Sequence record: OM141125.2
DNA: 54,250 nt
Source: Pseudomonas phage PP9W2
Strand: one strand, 5' to 3'
Below, piece by piece: positions 46,354 through 54,250 of the stretch. The notes beneath the pieces are model-generated. The model was given only the letters and a program-made list of their open reading frames with translations, searched no databases and had not been told where the DNA came from. Each line of letters begins with the position of its first letter. Position 1 is the stretch's first letter. The position numbers and the translations under genes were made by a program.

Positions 46354-47117
46354 AAGAGCAACGCTACAGAGACCCGAAGGCCGTACACGCCTGGAACAAC
46401 GGAGAGGGCGGCAGGGCTGCCCGTAAGCGCTACGCGGAGCGTAACAAGGAAGCTATAAGGGCTCGCCTGGCTGCCCGCCTGAGTCGCAGCAACTCCGTCT
46501 CCAAGGCGCAGCTGATCGAAGAGGTCGCCCGGCTCCTTTCTTACGATGGCGAAACCGGCGAGCTTCGCTACTGCGATGCACCGCGGGAGATGTTCTCGAC
46601 TCAATCGGCGTGGAAGCGCCACTCGACCTTCCTTGTCGGGAAGCCAGCAGGAAGCGTTCTGGAGAGCGGCGTGTGCCGCTATCTGAAAATCCAATACCAG
46701 CGTAAGCACCTTCAGGCACACCACGTGGCGTGGTTCATTTCCACTGGCCAGCACGTCCAGGATGGTTGGTTCATTGACCATATCAACGGCGATGGCCTGG
46801 ATAACCGCATATGCAACCTGCGCCTGGTCTCCAGGCAGGAAAACATGCGGAACAAGCGGCTCTATCGGAACAAAACCATCAGGATATTTGGTGTTCTGCC
46901 AATTCGAGGGCAGCGCCTTCGTTACGAAGTGCGTATCGGTGGCGAAGCAGGTCAGGAGCGAGTCGGTATCTTCGATGACTTCTTCGAAGCCTGCTGTGCG
47001 CGAAAGTCGGCAGAAGTCCGTCATGGCTACCACGCCAACCACGGACGCCTGATGGAAGACTGCGACCCGCTCGCGGTCGTGAAGAGCATTTGGCCGGAAG
47101 GGAGAGTTGAACAGTGA
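46350..47117 (+). CDS. HNH endonuclease (HNH_3 plus AP2-like)
   Basis: HHVAWFISTG...IDHINGDGLDNRICNLRLVSRQENMRN. Confidence 0.7.
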   Translation: MKEQRYRDPKAVHAWNNGEGGRAARKRYAERNKEAIRARLAARLSRSNSVSKAQLIEEVARLLSYDGETGELRYCDAPREMFSTQSAWKRHSTFLVGKPAGSVLESGVCRYLKIQYQRKHLQAHHVAWFISTGQHVQDGWFIDHINGDGLDNRICNLRLVSRQENMRNKRLYRNKTIRIFGVLPIRGQRLRYEVRIGGEAGQERVGIFDDFFEACCARKSAEVRHGYHANHGRLMEDCDPLAVVKSIWPEGRVEQ

Positions 47118-47623
47118 CTCCCGCAAAACAGGAATCCCTCATGCAGGGCCAGACCGGAATCGCGAAGAAGGTCTACGAGTGCGTACCGATCTCTGAGCCC
47201 TGGCGTTCGTTCCAGGTGCTCACCGCACTTCGCAACATGACCGGAAGCACGCCGGACGTTCGGATTGTCCAGGGCTGCCTGCGCGATCTAGTCGATTCCG
47301 GACTGATCCGCCGCACTGGTACTGACCACTGCCAACGAATCCAAGTCGAGAAAAAGACCAAGCCTCAGGAGCCGAAGATGGCGGAGCCCGCGAAGAAGAT
47401 CGAAACCCAGTCCGAGCCGAAGCGCTCCGCCTCCCCGCTGGAGATGCTGGGCGAACTGGCAACCGAAATCGTCGACCTAGCCGAACACCTGAAGCGCCTG
47501 GCGGCCCGAGTCGAGGACGCTGCCCTGGCCGTTGAGCAGGAGCGCGAATCGAACGCGAAGTCGATGGAAAGCTATCGCCAGCTCAAGGCGCTACTGAAGA
47601 GCCTGCAAGGGGAGGGTGAGTGA
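47114..47623 (+). CDS. hypothetical protein
   Basis: Coiled-coil C-terminal half. Confidence 0.4.
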   Translation: MTPAKQESLMQGQTGIAKKVYECVPISEPWRSFQVLTALRNMTGSTPDVRIVQGCLRDLVDSGLIRRTGTDHCQRIQVEKKTKPQEPKMAEPAKKIETQSEPKRSASPLEMLGELATEIVDLAEHLKRLAARVEDAALAVEQERESNAKSMESYRQLKALLKSLQGEGE

Positions 47624-47624
47624 C

Positions 47625-47825
47625 ATGGACATTATCGACATCGCCAACGACTACGCCGAGCGTGAACTCGCTGAACGCCTGTACTCCCGAGTCAAGTACG
47701 TCGGCGAGAGCCTGGACGAATGTGAAGACTGCGGCGAGGAGATCCCGGTAGCGCGGCGCTCGATCATCCCTGGTGTTCGTAAATGCCGGGACTGCGCTGA
47801 ACTGGCTGAGCGGAGGGCTGTGTAA
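47625..47825 (+). CDS. TraR/DksA-family C4 zinc-finger protein
   Basis: CEDCGEEIP...CRDC. Confidence 0.55.
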   Translation: MDIIDIANDYAERELAERLYSRVKYVGESLDECEDCGEEIPVARRSIIPGVRKCRDCAELAERRAV

Positions 47826-48022
47826 TGAGAGAGAAAACGCACTATTGCTCGTTCTGCGGAGAGTCCGAGCACGAGCTCAAGGCTCTCATCAAAGGCCCAT
47901 CGGCGCTTATCTGCGATGCGTGCGTCGCGCTGTGCGTGGACCTGCTCGAGGACAAGGGGCACTGGCCGCCAGCTGCTTGCAGTTCTGAGGTTCCCGGCGC
48001 CAAGCCGGAGGAGGTCGAGTGA
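47825..48022 (+). CDS. ClpX N-terminal zinc-binding-domain homologue (stand-alone)
   Basis: YCSFCGESEHELKALIKGPSALICDACVALCVDLLED compared with E. coli ClpX [36 protein letters not shown]. Confidence 0.65.
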   Translation: MREKTHYCSFCGESEHELKALIKGPSALICDACVALCVDLLEDKGHWPPAACSSEVPGAKPEEVE

Positions 48023-48258
48023 TGCCGAACTATCGCAAGCCGGACATGTACTCGGACGCCGATTGGGAAATGGTTCAGGGCTACATGGCCGGCAAGGACG
48101 GCCTGCGCGCCCAGCGCTCGAATGCCGCCTACATGCATGGCTATCGCAACGGGGTTTCTGATCGGATTGGAATCCCGCATGAGCGGGCAGAGGTTCTTCG
48201 CCGTCGCGCAGAGATGATCCCTGGCATCACACCGAGGGAGGAAATTCTCCATGGCTGA
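48019..48258 (+). CDS. hypothetical protein
   Basis: ATGA-coupled to its neighbour. Confidence 0.35.
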   Translation: MMPNYRKPDMYSDADWEMVQGYMAGKDGLRAQRSNAAYMHGYRNGVSDRIGIPHERAEVLRRRAEMIPGITPREEILHG

Positions 48259-48667
48259 CCGCACCTTTCGCATTCAAGGCGCCGCTGGCATCCGTCCGGC
48301 TTTCGTTGCGGCCTGGAACCTTATCCAGGGGCTCATGCGTGACGCTCAGGGCGGCTACGAACTGGTCCTTCGCCCCCTCAAGTCGAAGCGCTCCATCGAG
48401 CAGAACAAGCGGTACTGGTCCCTTCTACGCGAGCTTGCATCGGTCGCCTGGGTCGACAACCGACAGTTCGACGATCAGGTCTGGCACGAGCAGTTCAAGC
48501 GCTGGTTCATCGGTTGCGAGGACGTGAAATTGCCTGACGGCTCTACCGAACTGCGTGGAATCAGTACGACGAAGCTGAGCGTCGACGAGTTCGGCATTTA
48601 CATGACCAAGATCGAAGCATGGGCCGCGGAGCAAGGGTGGCCGCTGATGATTCAGGAGGCCGCATGA
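48251..48667 (+). CDS. ninB: NinB-like recombination protein
   Basis: KRSIEQNKRYWSLLRELA... NinB family pattern. Confidence 0.55.
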   Translation: MADRTFRIQGAAGIRPAFVAAWNLIQGLMRDAQGGYELVLRPLKSKRSIEQNKRYWSLLRELASVAWVDNRQFDDQVWHEQFKRWFIGCEDVKLPDGSTELRGISTTKLSVDEFGIYMTKIEAWAAEQGWPLMIQEAA

Positions 48668-49350
48668 GCGTCATCAAGCGCTTCGAGCGCAATCAGGCCG
48701 GCCGAGACTTTGCAGTCGGTGACATCCACGGCCATTTCACACTTTTGCAGAAGGCTCTCGATGCTGCGTGCTTCGATCCGGCCGTTGACCGCCTATTCAG
48801 CGTCGGCGACCTGATTGACCGTGGCCCTGAGTGCGAGGACGTTGAGGCGTGGCTGGCCAAGCCATGGTTCCACCCAGTGCGCGGCAATCACGATGACTAC
48901 GTATGCCGGTACGACACCTGCGAGATCGGAAACTGGATGCGCAATGGAGGTTCGTGGTTCGTCGGCCTCCCGGAAGTCCAGCAGCAGTGCCTGGCCATAT
49001 CCTTCCGCGAACTCCCGATCGGTATCGAGATCGACACCCAGAACGGCCTCGTCGGACTGGTCCACGCTGACTGCGTCTTCGACTCGTGGGATGAGCTGAA
49101 ACGCGAACTCGACTGTGCGAGCAACCAGCGCCGCAAGTTGGTGATGAATACCTGCATGTGGTCGCGCACTCGCATCGAGCAGCACGACGAACGCCCCGTG
49201 CACGGTCTCCGTGCCCTGGTGGTGGGCCATAACCCGCTGTGCCGCCCGGTTGTGCTCGGCAACGTCTACCACATCGACACGATGGGATGGCGGCCACAAG
49301 ACGGCGGGTACTTCACGCTGCTTAACCTCGAAACTCTGGAGGCCGCATGA
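48664..49350 (+). CDS. Ser/Thr phosphoprotein phosphatase (lambda PPase-like metallophosphoesterase)
   Basis: GDIHGHF, GDLIDRGP and GNHD motifs. Confidence 0.8.
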   Translation: MSVIKRFERNQAGRDFAVGDIHGHFTLLQKALDAACFDPAVDRLFSVGDLIDRGPECEDVEAWLAKPWFHPVRGNHDDYVCRYDTCEIGNWMRNGGSWFVGLPEVQQQCLAISFRELPIGIEIDTQNGLVGLVHADCVFDSWDELKRELDCASNQRRKLVMNTCMWSRTRIEQHDERPVHGLRALVVGHNPLCRPVVLGNVYHIDTMGWRPQDGGYFTLLNLETLEAA

Positions 49351-49616
49351 GCAAGTTCAAGGCGGGTGACCTAGCGCTCGTAATCAACCACACCTTCCCT
49401 CCGGTTATCGGGACCTGCGTCGAACTGATCAGCCGCCATTTGGTTGGGCCGGTTGATCGTAGCGATCCGATGGACCCAGGAGTTTATGAAACCCCTGACG
49501 GCGAGCCGGTGTGGGTAGTGGACGATCAAGGCGCCATCGTTTGGGAGAAGTGGCTCATGCCGCTTCGGGGAGACTTCCAGCCCGAGCAGCAGAAGGCGAA
49601 GGAGGTGGAGGTATGA
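49347..49616 (+). CDS. hypothetical protein
   Basis: ATGA-coupled to its neighbour. Confidence 0.35.
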   Translation: MSKFKAGDLALVINHTFPPVIGTCVELISRHLVGPVDRSDPMDPGVYETPDGEPVWVVDDQGAIVWEKWLMPLRGDFQPEQQKAKEVEV

Positions 49617-49978
49617 GCTACTGCCGTTGGAGCAGCGATGATTTCCAATGCGATGTTTACGTATACGAAAGCGTAGCCGGTGGATTCGTCACTCACGTTG
49701 CCGCCAATAGGGTGGTTTTCAAGGATGAACTGCCTGCCCTGGTTCCTTTCGAGCCGGAGTACGTTGACCAGTTCTTGGCGCGCCACAACCAGGTAATGGC
49801 AATGGTTGATGCGGCTGATCGTGTGCTGATCGGTCTTCCACACGACGGCGACAGCTTCGATGACGCCGATCAAGAGGCCTGTGCGGACCGACTGGAGTAT
49901 CTGAAGGGGCTGGGCTACGTCGTCCCGCAGTACGCCATTGACGCGCTGCGCGAGGAAGCAGAGGAGGGCGAAGCATGA
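49613..49978 (+). CDS. hypothetical acidic protein
   Basis: GGAGGTGGAGG RBS. Confidence 0.4.
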   Translation: MSYCRWSSDDFQCDVYVYESVAGGFVTHVAANRVVFKDELPALVPFEPEYVDQFLARHNQVMAMVDAADRVLIGLPHDGDSFDDADQEACADRLEYLKGLGYVVPQYAIDALREEAEEGEA

Positions 49979-50616
49979 CGCTTTCCGTCCGCAGTTCGAA
50001 GCCCAGGAAGTGCAAGAACCCAGCCTGCGGCAAAGAGTTCATCCCGCAGCGCCTTGGCCAGTGCGTGTGCTCTCCTGCCTGCGCCCTGGCCATCAAGGAC
50101 AAGCACTCAAAGCCGGCGCGGAAGGCAATCGCAGACCGCGAGCGGCGGGAGATCAAGGTTCGGAAGGAGAGGCTGAAGACGCACAGCGACCACATCAAAG
50201 ATGCAGAGAAAGCCGTTCGGGACTACCGGCGCACCTACGAACTGTCCATCGGAAGCGGCTGCATAAGCTGCGGCAAGTCTCAGGCCGAGGTACTAGCCGA
50301 ACAAGGCTGGAAGACTGGAGGTGCATTCGACGCAGGGCATTTTCTCGGCAAGGGGGCAAGGCCCGAGCACCGCCTGGAGCCATCCAACATATGGCTTCAA
50401 TGCAAGGCCTGTAACGCCGGCTCCAGCAAGTACGCCAGGAAGGGGCTTACCGTTTCCCAGGGCTTCCGTGAGGGCTTGATCGAACGCATCGGCCTGGAAG
50501 CTGTAGAGGCTCTGGAAGCCGATCACCGTCCCCGCAAGTACACCAACGACGAACTGAAGGCGATCACCGCCGAGTACCGCGCCAAGCTGCGCGAGCTGAA
50601 GAGGGCTACGGCATGA
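49975..50616 (+). CDS. ninG: NinG/Rap-like protein
   Basis: Cys-rich (CKNPACG...CVCSPAC, CISCG, CKACN); NinG-like size and position. Confidence 0.6.
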   Translation: MTLSVRSSKPRKCKNPACGKEFIPQRLGQCVCSPACALAIKDKHSKPARKAIADRERREIKVRKERLKTHSDHIKDAEKAVRDYRRTYELSIGSGCISCGKSQAEVLAEQGWKTGGAFDAGHFLGKGARPEHRLEPSNIWLQCKACNAGSSKYARKGLTVSQGFREGLIERIGLEAVEALEADHRPRKYTNDELKAITAEYRAKLRELKRATA

Positions 50617-51299
50617 ATCTAAACAGCGCGCGCATTGCCTGGCACGATGCGTTCTATACCCCTTGGAACAGCGGCATGGCCGAGGCGGCGGAGCGAGCTG
50701 CTCTTGGAATTGTCGAGGCTGGCGGATATGTCCGTCGACGCATCACCGAGATCGACGATGAAGGGGAGGCTGTCTCCTACAGCCAATACACCTTTGTGCC
50801 AGGAATCCACCAGACCAAGACTGAGCGCGACATCAGCACTCCTCGGGCTGTTCATCAGGCACTCGCCGGCGTGATTCAAAAGGCGATCGATACCCTCCCG
50901 GCGCATCTGAAGGTGTTCGGCAATCACATGTACAGCCCTATGGCTGGCGAAGACGACAAGGAGGCTGCGGAAGAGATCGTGTTCAGGGTCGCTTACGAAA
51001 CCGGCCCAAGGATGTACACGAAGAAATTCGAGAAGGCGCGCTATGTCGCTGCGGGAGTCTTGTTCCGGTACCGTCGCATGCACCAGGGCGGCCAGAGCGA
51101 AGGCGTTGATCCCTGCCCAAGCCCTGAGTCGTTCCGCGCCTGGCTTGACCGTATGCATGGCATTGAACTTGACCCAAGAAACTGGGATAGGGAATGGGAC
51201 GGCTTTATCCAGGCCTGTTTCGATGCCTGCAACGATCTCGACAAGGCCGCGCTTGTGCCTGTCTCTTCGGCGATAAAAATGATGAAAAATGCTGCTTGA
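50613..51299 (+). CDS. putative late-gene antiterminator (Q-like position)
   Basis: Last ORF of the nin region, upstream of the terminator, tRNAs and holins. Confidence 0.4.
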   Translation: MNLNSARIAWHDAFYTPWNSGMAEAAERAALGIVEAGGYVRRRITEIDDEGEAVSYSQYTFVPGIHQTKTERDISTPRAVHQALAGVIQKAIDTLPAHLKVFGNHMYSPMAGEDDKEAAEEIVFRVAYETGPRMYTKKFEKARYVAAGVLFRYRRMHQGGQSEGVDPCPSPESFRAWLDRMHGIELDPRNWDREWDGFIQACFDACNDLDKAALVPVSSAIKMMKNAA

Positions 51300-51370
51300 C
51301 GACAAATGTGCGGCTGAGGCACACTTATCTCCATCGTGACAAATTCGCCTCTGGCGAAAGTCACCACCGA

Positions 51371-51400
51371 AGCCCTGGCATCTGCCGGGGCTTTTTCGTT
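51371..51400 (+). terminator. rho-independent terminator (tR-prime-like)
   Basis: 10-bp stem agccctggca/tgccggggct followed by TTTTTCGTTTCC. Confidence 0.5.
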
Positions 51401-51423
51401 TCCAGCCGTCTACGGAGTTCTGC

Positions 51424-51522
51424 AATGTCTGCTGAATCGAAAGATGTTTGGCTGCTCAAGGGTATCGGCGGTGGCGCGCTGGTCCTGCTGCTCCTGGTTG
51501 GAGCGGTAGTAGTACTGATCTG
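51424..51522 (+). CDS. small hydrophobic peptide (32 aa)
   Basis: MSAESKDVWLLKGIGGGALVLLLLVGAVVVLI; GGAG RBS. Confidence 0.3.
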
Positions 51523-51762
51523 AATCCTTCTGGGTTGCGACTACGCGGCCGAGGATGGTCAAAGGTGGGACCCGGCCCTACCGCGACCTAATACTCCGGG
51601 ATCGCCTTGGACACGCAGGCGTTAAAGTGAAGTGGGAGCCGGTGGAGGCCCGGCATTCACGCATGCGGCAGAAGAAAGCAAGGGTCACCACTGGTGATCA
51701 AGGCGAAAGCCCCGGCTACTTGCTCTGCGGGCGTGACGCCGGGTTCGCCCGGCACCTATTCC

Positions 51763-51838
<76 letters not shown>

Positions 51839-51850
51839 AACTCGATTCAA

Positions 51851-51925
51851 TGACGTGTAGCTCAGAGGTAGAGCGGTCGGCTGTTACCCGATTGGTCGAT
51901 GGTTCGATCCCATCCGCGTCAGCCA
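51851..51925 (+). tRNA. tRNA-Asn (anticodon GUU), CCA encoded
   Basis: Acceptor TGACGTG/CGCGTCA, anticodon loop CTGTTAC, T-arm GATGG TTCGATC CCATC. Confidence 0.55.
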
Positions 51926-51929
51926 ATAA

Positions 51930-52005
51930 GCCGGTATGGCGCAACAGGGAGCGCTGCTGATTTGTAATCAGAGGGTTGCGGGTTCGACTCCTGCTGCCGG
52001 CACCA
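51930..52005 (+). tRNA. tRNA-Thr (anticodon UGU), CCA encoded; weaker anticodon stem
   Basis: Acceptor GCCGGTA/TGCCGGC, anticodon loop TTTGTAA, T-arm GCGGG TTCGACT CCTGC. Confidence 0.45.
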
Positions 52006-52059
52006 CACTACAAGGCCCAGGCAATGACCTGGGCTTTTCTGCATCTGGAGTACGTGAAT

Positions 52060-52428
52060 ATGGCCGAGCCGAGTGGTGCGGTAGCAGTCGCCGGCTTGGT
52101 CGGTATTGGTGCGTCTGCGTTGATCCCTGGCATTGATGCCAATGCAGTGATCGGTGCTTTTGCTGGGGCGATCTTCTTCGTGGTGTACGCCAAGGACATT
52201 TCGGCCTGGGCGCGCCTCGGTTACTTCGTCGTGTCCTGGATCGTTGGCTACTACGTCGCCGGCGAAGTCATCGGGCGAGAATGGGCCAGAACATCGGGCC
52301 TGGTCGCGTGTGGCGGGGCATTGTTCTGCGTCGCAGTGGGCACCAGCTTGCTGGAGTGGGTGCAGGGGGGGAAGACGCCTGGTTGGCTCCGCTTCATTGC
52401 GGACCGCTTTGGAGGTCGTAATGGTTGA
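52060..52428 (+). CDS. holin (multi-TM)
   Basis: Three or four hydrophobic helices; first ORF after the tRNAs in the late operon. Confidence 0.5.
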   Translation: MAEPSGAVAVAGLVGIGASALIPGIDANAVIGAFAGAIFFVVYAKDISAWARLGYFVVSWIVGYYVAGEVIGREWARTSGLVACGGALFCVAVGTSLLEWVQGGKTPGWLRFIADRFGGRNG

Positions 52429-52705
52429 CCCTTGGACTCTGGTGGCTGCGATGATCTGCGGCGCCATCTGCATGAGGCTGGCGACATACCGCCGGCAGGG
52501 CGCGAGGTATCGCCGGGGAGTTTCCTGGCTCGCCTACCTGCTGTGCGTTGGTAGTGGGTGCTTCGCCCTGAGCGTGATGCTCGATGCACTCCACGGCTAC
52601 AGACTGAATCCTGTCTCCCCTTGGCTGACCCTGGTGCTGGCGATCCTGCTCGGCCTTGTCTGCCGCGCGCGGGGGAACCTGGCCCACATTCTGAGGGTGT
52701 ACTGA
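52421..52705 (+). CDS. 3-TM membrane protein (second holin/antiholin?)
   Basis: GGAGG RBS; overlaps the holin stop. Confidence 0.4.
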   Translation: MVDPWTLVAAMICGAICMRLATYRRQGARYRRGVSWLAYLLCVGSGCFALSVMLDALHGYRLNPVSPWLTLVLAILLGLVCRARGNLAHILRVY

Positions 52706-52938
52706 TGGATGCTCCGCTTCTACTGAAGAACACTGGCACATCCCTGATTCTGTGTGACAGCAACGGGAAGCCGCTCCCTGGCCAGCTTTCGCTGACGGTC
52801 AGCAACGACGGCCCTGTTCCAACCGTCACGGTCACGTTCGCACTCGTTAACAAGCGGGTGAGGCTCTGCGGCGAAGAGATGGAGTCGCGCATCTCATACG
52901 ATGCGTATCTTGAGGCAATTAAGGGAAGGCGCAGCTGA
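52705..52938 (+). CDS. hypothetical protein
   Basis: ATGA-coupled to its neighbour. Confidence 0.35.
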   Translation: MDAPLLLKNTGTSLILCDSNGKPLPGQLSLTVSNDGPVPTVTVTFALVNKRVRLCGEEMESRISYDAYLEAIKGRRS

Positions 52939-53055
52939 TGACCAAGTGCACCTTCTGCAACAAGACGCGTGAATGGGCGAAGAAGTGGGCTCGGGTCGCG
53001 ATGGAACGCGCGGCCTCTGCTATGGCCGCCAAGCCGAAGCGACCCGGAGCAAGCG

Positions 53056-53274
53056 ATGACTGAGTCCGAGGAAGAGGTTCGACTTCTCCTGCGCGATCTC
53101 CTCGATGAGCAGCGCAAGACCAATCAGCTATTGCACCTTCTGATCCAGGCTCTGGCCGAAGATGGCGAGGATCCTGACGCCGTGCCGACCAGCTATCTGG
53201 ATGGAACACCGATCCAAGGGCATCAGCCGGTACGCAGTAATAGCCTTTTGGCAACGCCGCCAGGGGAACGATGA
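53056..53274 (+). CDS. hypothetical acidic protein
   Basis: GGAGCAAGCG RBS. Confidence 0.3.
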   Translation: MTESEEEVRLLLRDLLDEQRKTNQLLHLLIQALAEDGEDPDAVPTSYLDGTPIQGHQPVRSNSLLATPPGER

Positions 53275-53525
53275 TGTCGACGTTTATGGGCTCCGCTAGG
53301 GAAACCCAGATAGCTGCTGTTCGAGTCCGTCGCGGATGGTTCGGCAAGCTGGTTGTCCAGGTTCGCTACAAGATAGAGCGCCCCGAAAGCCCACTCCCTG
53401 GCCGGGAGCTGATCTACCACGTATGCGGGCTCTCCCCATGGCGAGACGCTAACGCAAATGATCTCGCAGAGTCCCTGCTGGTCGCGAAGCTCATCGGTAT
53501 GTCTGATGAAGGAAAGCCCACATGA
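53271..53525 (+). CDS. hypothetical protein
   Basis: Coupled to its neighbours. Confidence 0.35.
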   Translation: MMSTFMGSARETQIAAVRVRRGWFGKLVVQVRYKIERPESPLPGRELIYHVCGLSPWRDANANDLAESLLVAKLIGMSDEGKPT

Positions 53526-53767
53526 AGAGCCGTCCAATTCCTGCTGGTGTCGAGATCAACCCCGGTCGTGCCTGGACCCCTGATGACGTAACCGGATACA
53601 GCGAAGAAGTAGAGAGCGCGATAAAGGTTCTGGAACCACTGCTTCGATCTGGCCTCCTGGCTCTCCGTCCTGATGAATGGCAGGGTGGCAAGTTCTCATT
53701 CCTCAGGCCAGCACAAGGCAGGCTTCAAGGTTGGACTCCGCCGAATCGGGAGCGCCTCAATGCCTGA
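53522..53767 (+). CDS. hypothetical protein
   Basis: Coupled to its neighbours. Confidence 0.35.
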   Translation: MKSRPIPAGVEINPGRAWTPDDVTGYSEEVESAIKVLEPLLRSGLLALRPDEWQGGKFSFLRPAQGRLQGWTPPNRERLNA

Positions 53768-54074
53768 CCTCCCTCAGCGTCACACCAAGCCAAAGGCCAA
53801 GGGAGTGACCAAGCACGAGGTAGAGGGCAAAGCATGGGGGAATGGGCGTGGTGGCAGGCCGTGGCGCCGCAAGCGTGAGCGCATCCTCAAGCGGGATGGC
53901 TACATGTGCCAGTGTGCAGAGTGCAAGGGAGTGAAGAGGATCGCCACAGAGGTGGACCACATCATCCCGCTGAGCCAAGGCGGCGCTGATGATGACTCGA
54001 ACCTGATGGCTATTGCTGGATACCCCTGCCATGCGAGGAAGACGGCAAGGGAGTCGGCGGCATCTAGGAAATAG
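53760..54074 (+). CDS. HNH endonuclease (packaging-associated)
   Basis: CQCAECKG...EVDHIIPLSQGG...N...C HNH; immediately upstream of the expected cos/terS. Confidence 0.7.
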   Translation: MPDLPQRHTKPKAKGVTKHEVEGKAWGNGRGGRPWRRKRERILKRDGYMCQCAECKGVKRIATEVDHIIPLSQGGADDDSNLMAIAGYPCHARKTARESAASRK

Positions 54075-54173
54075 TCGGGTTCCATCAGCGAGCGGACACG
54101 ACGATTCGAGATATTCACGAATAATGGCAGTGGTTTTCACTGGACTCGTGCGGCTTGACAGAAAAATCTAGTT

Positions 54174-54210
54174 AAATGAGAAAAAGTCTCATTTATAGGG
54201 GTGGGGCGGG
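54174..54210 (+). promoter_or_regulatory. palindrome plus G-rich tract in expected cos region
   Basis: AAATGAGAaaaagTCTCATTT followed by GGGGTGGGGCGGG, between HNH and the presumed next terS. Confidence 0.25.
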
Positions 54211-54250
54211 TCAAAACATTAGAACCTTTCGCTAGGACACCGCGCCCCCA

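Overview
High-GC (about 62-64%, Pseudomonas-like) DNA that is almost entirely temperate-phage sequence, read as two tandem lambdoid/HK97-like prophages.

Layout:
- 1..26090: late half of prophage 1, all on the + strand. TerS, TerL, portal, ClpP-like protease, HK97-fold capsid, gp6/gp7/gp10-like joining proteins, major tail, G/G-T chaperone with -1 frameshift, tape measure, lambda-like M-L-K-I-J tail tip, tail fibre, lysozyme and Rz/Rz1 spanins.
- About 26100..26400: attP-like junction carrying the 3-prime half of a class-II tRNA plus ACGTGAA arm repeats.
- 26286..54250: early and regulatory half of prophage 2. Integrase and excisionase; a long minus-strand early-left operon (RecT, YqaJ exonuclease, DNA methyltransferase, HNH, many small ORFs); a lambda-like immunity switch (CI, OL/OR operators, Cro, CII); replication genes (O-like with iterons, DnaB); a nin-like region (NinB, phosphatase, NinG, Q-like); three phage-borne tRNAs; holins; and an HNH immediately upstream of the next terminase.

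Several lower-GC cargo insertions interrupt conserved modules and are the best candidates for undescribed accessory or defence functions:
(a) a reverse-oriented HEPN-motif (RNxxxH) gene wedged between tail genes M and L;
(b) a self-contained promoter, BamE-like lipoprotein, 2-TM zinc-ribbon protein and terminator cassette between the G/G-T chaperone and the tape measure;
(c) a GT9-like glycosyltransferase plus SAM methyltransferase inside the head-tail joining genes;
(d) a small membrane protein co-transcribed with cI in the rexB position;
(e) a stand-alone ClpX zinc-binding-domain homologue in the nin region;
(f) a highly acidic small protein in the early-left operon.
A candidate in-register CCCAAAG -1 frameshift site follows the capsid gene.

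Functions are inferred from motifs I recognise by eye. No searches were run.
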